Shown here one piece after another: positions 60,496-64,000 of a DNA stretch of 64,000 nt (its first letter is position 1; each line of letters begins with the position of its first letter). The translations under genes and the position numbers were made by a program. The notes beneath the pieces were generated by a model that searched no databases, was not told the origin of the DNA, and saw nothing but the letters and a program-made list of their open reading frames with translations. The DNA comes from Patescibacteria group bacterium (GTDB taxonomy: Bacteria > Patescibacteriota > Patescibacteriia > SG8-24): the NCBI GenBank assembly GCA_041667185.1, contig JBAYFM010000006.1, forward strand, positions 6,591-70,590, in the 5' to 3' direction.

Positions 60496-62244
60496 ATGGG
60501 TAAAATAACCATGATTATGCTCAAATTTTCCAAAAAGATCGCATTCATCATCATCGCTATAGCGGTCGTGGCCGGGGTGGCGGGTTATTTGGCGCTGCGC
60601 GGTCCGCAGACCGTCTATGAGACCGATGTCGTGAGCCGTGGTTCGGTCGTGGAGACGATCTCGGTCACGGGTTCGATCGCGCCGGGTTCCAAGATCAGCC
60701 TGCAGCCGGAAGCCAGCGGCCGCGTCGCCAAGATCCTGGTCGCCGAGGGCGATCACGTCCAGGCCGGCGATGCCCTGATCAAGATCGATTCCCGCGATAT
60801 CGAGACCCGGATCTCGTCCCAGCGCGCGGTCTTGGCTTCGGCCCAGGCCCAGCTCCGGGAGTTTTTGGCCGGAGCGACGGCGGAAGATCTGCGAGTCAGC
60901 GAGTCCGCCGTGGAGACCGCCTCCGCTCAGTTGGCGGCCGCCGAGGCGGCCAAGATCGACGCCGAGATCGCCAAGACCAACGCTCAGCGCAATCTGGAGA
61001 ATACGCAGGCCAAAGGCGCGACCCTCATCGAATCCAAGATCAGCACGCTGCTCTTGGATTTCGACGACGCGGTCACAGCATCGTCCGACGCGGTCAACCG
61101 CCTGTCGATGCCGTTGTTCACCACCACCGATCAGTTGTCTTTTTCCAGTTCGAATTCCCAGGCCGAGTCCGATGCCGTCAGCTCTCGCCGTCTGGCTAAA
61201 GATGCTCTGGCGCCGCTCGCGGCCGCCGCCGCGTCAGCCCGATCGGTCGGCACGCTCGCGGCGGTTAAGGATTCTTACGCGATCATCCAGGCCAAACTGC
61301 AGGTGGTCAAGGCTCACATCGACGCCGCGGCCGCGGTCCTGAATTATTCTCTGGGACTCAGTTCCACTACGCTGGCCACCTATCAGCTCAACATCAATAC
61401 GGCTCAGAACACGCTGAATACCATCATTTCCACGCTGTCGACCGACCGTTCGAGCCTGGATCTGCAGCAGCGACTCAACGCTTCGGATGAGACCGCGGCT
61501 TCGATCGCGCTCGCGAATTCCGAGACCGCCCTGAATGCGGCCGCGAGCAGCATTGAGACGAGTCTGCGGGCGAAAGCCCAGGCTCAGGCCGCCTACGATC
61601 TGAAGAAGATCGGCACCCGGCCGGAGACGATCGATGTCCAGCGCGCCAGAGTCGCCGCGGAATCCGCCGCGCTCGACGGACTCCTGAACGAACTCACCAA
61701 GCGGACCGTGATCGCGCCGATCGAAGCGGTGGTCACCGACATCGCCGTCGAACTTGGCGAGACCGTGACTCAGAATCAGGTCGTGATCACGCTCAATTCC
61801 AAAGGCGCTTTTGAGATCCTCTCCAACATTTCCGAGGTCGATATCGCCCGGGTGACGGTCGGCGATCCGGTCACGATCACGCTTGACGCCTTCTCCACCG
61901 GCGAGAAGTGGACCGGCAAGGTCATCACGATCCAGCCGGCCGAGAAAGTCGTCGAGGGCGTCATCTTCTATGAGACCAAGATCGTCTTCGATCAGGAGGA
62001 TCCGCGCCTCAAGTCGGGCATGACCGCTAATCTGGATATCGAAGTGGCGCGCCACGACGGCGTGCTGCGGATTCCGTTGCGCGCTCTCAAAGAGAACGGC
62101 CGGAAGTACGTCCAGGTGCTGGTGAACGGCGTGCCCGCGGAAAAGGACGTCGCGGTCGGTCTGGAGAGCAATGATTTCGTCGAGATCACGAGCGGGTTGA
62201 CCGAGGGCGAGACCGTCGTCATCGCCGCTAACGGCAAGAAGTAA
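60496..62244 (+). CDS. Efflux transporter periplasmic adaptor subunit (MacA/HlyD-like); start uncertain
   Basis: TM, lipoyl half-motifs (SGRVAKILVAEGDHV; IAPIEAVV), long coiled coil, LKSGMTA. Confidence 0.87.
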   Translation: MGKITMIMLKFSKKIAFIIIAIAVVAGVAGYLALRGPQTVYETDVVSRGSVVETISVTGSIAPGSKISLQPEASGRVAKILVAEGDHVQAGDALIKIDSRDIETRISSQRAVLASAQAQLREFLAGATAEDLRVSESAVETASAQLAAAEAAKIDAEIAKTNAQRNLENTQAKGATLIESKISTLLLDFDDAVTASSDAVNRLSMPLFTTTDQLSFSSSNSQAESDAVSSRRLAKDALAPLAAAAASARSVGTLAAVKDSYAIIQAKLQVVKAHIDAAAAVLNYSLGLSSTTLATYQLNINTAQNTLNTIISTLSTDRSSLDLQQRLNASDETAASIALANSETALNAAASSIETSLRAKAQAQAAYDLKKIGTRPETIDVQRARVAAESAALDGLLNELTKRTVIAPIEAVVTDIAVELGETVTQNQVVITLNSKGAFEILSNISEVDIARVTVGDPVTITLDAFSTGEKWTGKVITIQPAEKVVEGVIFYETKIVFDQEDPRLKSGMTANLDIEVARHDGVLRIPLRALKENGRKYVQVLVNGVPAEKDVAVGLESNDFVEITSGLTEGETVVIAANGKK

Positions 62245-62255
62245 TTTCCGCAACC

Positions 62256-62930
62256 ATGGCTGAACTCATCCGGCTGGAAAATTTGGTCAAAGAGTATGTT
62301 CAGGGCGAGCAGTTGGTCAAAGCCCTGAATGGCGTTGACTTGGTCATCAACAAGGGCGATTTTTTCGCCATCATGGGGCCTTCTGGTTGCGGCAAGTCCA
62401 CTCTGATGCACTTGCTCGGTTTTCTGCTGAGCCCAACGTCTGGCAAGTACGTCTTCGGCGGCCGCGATGCCAGCTCGCTCACGGAGAATGACCGGGCTGT
62501 GATCCGCAATGAACAGATCGGTTTCGTCTTTCAGGCCTACAACCTGCTGCCGCGCACCTCGGTTCTCGAGAATGTTTTGTTGCCGATCGAATATGCCGCT
62601 GTTGTCGACGCCAAAAAAGCGAAGAAACGCGCTCTGGAACTTCTGGACCGGGTCGGTCTGAGCCACCGTCTCGACGCCCGGCCCAACCAGCTCTCTGGCG
62701 GCGAACAACAGCGCGCGGCCATCGCCCGGGCGCTCATCAACGAGCCTTCACTGATCCTGGCTGACGAGCCGACCGGCAACCTTGATTCCAAAACCTCGGA
62801 CGACATCATGGCCATCATCGACGGTCTCCACAAGGAGGGGAATACCATCGTCATGGTCACTCACGAGGAAGACGTGGCGCAGCGCGCGGAACGAACCATC
62901 CGGATGAAGGACGGCCGCATCGTCTCCTGA
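62256..62930 (+). CDS. MacB/LolD-type ABC ATP-binding protein
   Basis: [37 protein letters not shown]. Confidence 0.93.
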   Translation: MAELIRLENLVKEYVQGEQLVKALNGVDLVINKGDFFAIMGPSGCGKSTLMHLLGFLLSPTSGKYVFGGRDASSLTENDRAVIRNEQIGFVFQAYNLLPRTSVLENVLLPIEYAAVVDAKKAKKRALELLDRVGLSHRLDARPNQLSGGEQQRAAIARALINEPSLILADEPTGNLDSKTSDDIMAIIDGLHKEGNTIVMVTHEEDVAQRAERTIRMKDGRIVS

Positions 62931-62934
62931 ACTT

Positions 62935-64000
62935 ATGTCCCTCTCCAAGGACATCATCTACTCCGGGCACACTTTGTGGGCGTCCAAGAGCCGCACTTTG
63001 CTTACGATGCTCGGGGTCATCATCGGCGTGATGTCCGTGGTCGCGGTTTCTTCGGTCGGCAAGAGCGCCCAGAATCTTATCCTGGACCAGGCTGAAGCGG
63101 TCGGAACCAACGTCATCGGCATCTTGCCGGGCGGCAGCGGCGAGAACGAACCGCCGCCGATCGCCATGGGCATCGCCACGAGCAGCCTCAAAGAGAGCGA
63201 TTTTCGCGCCGTGCGCGCCTTGCCGCACGTCATCCTCGGCGTTCCCATGGTCATGGCGCTGGAGTCGGTCTCGCTGGGACAGGTCGCCGCGATGACCACG
63301 ATCTACGGCACCGGCGAGGAATTTCCGGCCATGATGGATATGACGGTGGCCGAGGGTCGTTTTTTCGACGTCCGCGACGTCGCGGCTTATGGCCGGGTCG
63401 CGGTGCTTGGTTCCGGCGCGGCGAAAGATCTTTCCTTGCGCGGCAGTCCGTTCGGCAAACAGATCCGCGTCAAAGGCTACAACTATCAGGTCATCGGCAT
63501 CCTGAAAGAGAAGGGCGGCGGCGCGCTGGGCCAGATGGATGACGCGATCTACATCCCGGTGACGGCCGTCCAGAAATATATCGCCGGCATCAATCATCTG
63601 ACCGCCGCGCGGGTCAAGGTCGACAACGCCAGCAATCTCAATTGGGTCAAGGACGAGATCAAGAAGACCCTGCGCCGCCGCCATCACATCACTGATCCGG
63701 CCAAGGATGATTTCACGGTGCAGGCGGCCGAGCAGGCCATCACCACCATTGCCGGCATCACCGATTCCATCAATTATTTCCTGCTGTTCGTGACGGCGAT
63801 CTCGCTGCTCGTCGGCGGCATCAACATCATGAACATCATGTACGTCGCCGTCCGCGAACGCACGCGCGAGATCGGCCTCAGGAAATCCCTGGGCGCCAGG
63901 CCGGGCCGCATCCTCAGACAGTTCCTGACCGAAAGCTCGCTGATCTCGTTTTCCGGCGGCGTCATCGGCCTGATCTTGGGGACGGTCATCGCCGCGGCCG
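62935..64000 (+). CDS. MacB-type ABC permease (3' end outside the window)
   Basis: LLTMLGVIIGV, ISLLVGGINIMNIMYVAVRERTREIGLRKSLGA. Confidence 0.92.
   Translation, partial: MSLSKDIIYSGHTLWASKSRTLLTMLGVIIGVMSVVAVSSVGKSAQNLILDQAEAVGTNVIGILPGGSGENEPPPIAMGIATSSLKESDFRAVRALPHVILGVPMVMALESVSLGQVAAMTTIYGTGEEFPAMMDMTVAEGRFFDVRDVAAYGRVAVLGSGAAKDLSLRGSPFGKQIRVKGYNYQVIGILKEKGGGALGQMDDAIYIPVTAVQKYIAGINHLTAARVKVDNASNLNWVKDEIKKTLRRRHHITDPAKDDFTVQAAEQAITTIAGITDSINYFLLFVTAISLLVGGINIMNIMYVAVRERTREIGLRKSLGARPGRILRQFLTESSLISFSGGVIGLILGTVIAAA

Overview
GC-rich bacterial chromosome segment, genetic code 11. Gene content and start-codon context suggest Patescibacteria/CPR (Parcubacteria/ABY1-like); this is an inference. 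Housekeeping blocks: secE-nusG, rlmN, gyrB, rodA, rplY, rpmE-prfA-prmC, rpsB-tsf, gap-pgk-eno-gpmI-gpmI-mutM, mltG, uvrD, nadE, metK, dusB and ABC exporters. These are interleaved with about 20 stand-alone accessory genes. The main observation is that the genes fall into two classes by expression signals. Housekeeping genes have essentially no Shine-Dalgarno sequence and usually a T just before ATG. The accessory genes nearly all carry a canonical TTGAC-N17-(T/C)ANNNT promoter, a boxA-like leader motif (GYWCYTT...AA), a strong GGAGG/AAGGAG SD, and usually their own terminator. Many of these cassettes abut a family of intergenic elements built from 8-nt-phased CTCC/GGAG repeats and a conserved 20-bp palindrome. 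No rRNA, tRNA, CRISPR array, integrase or transposase was seen. All calls come from reading the sequence and recognising motifs; no database searches were run.
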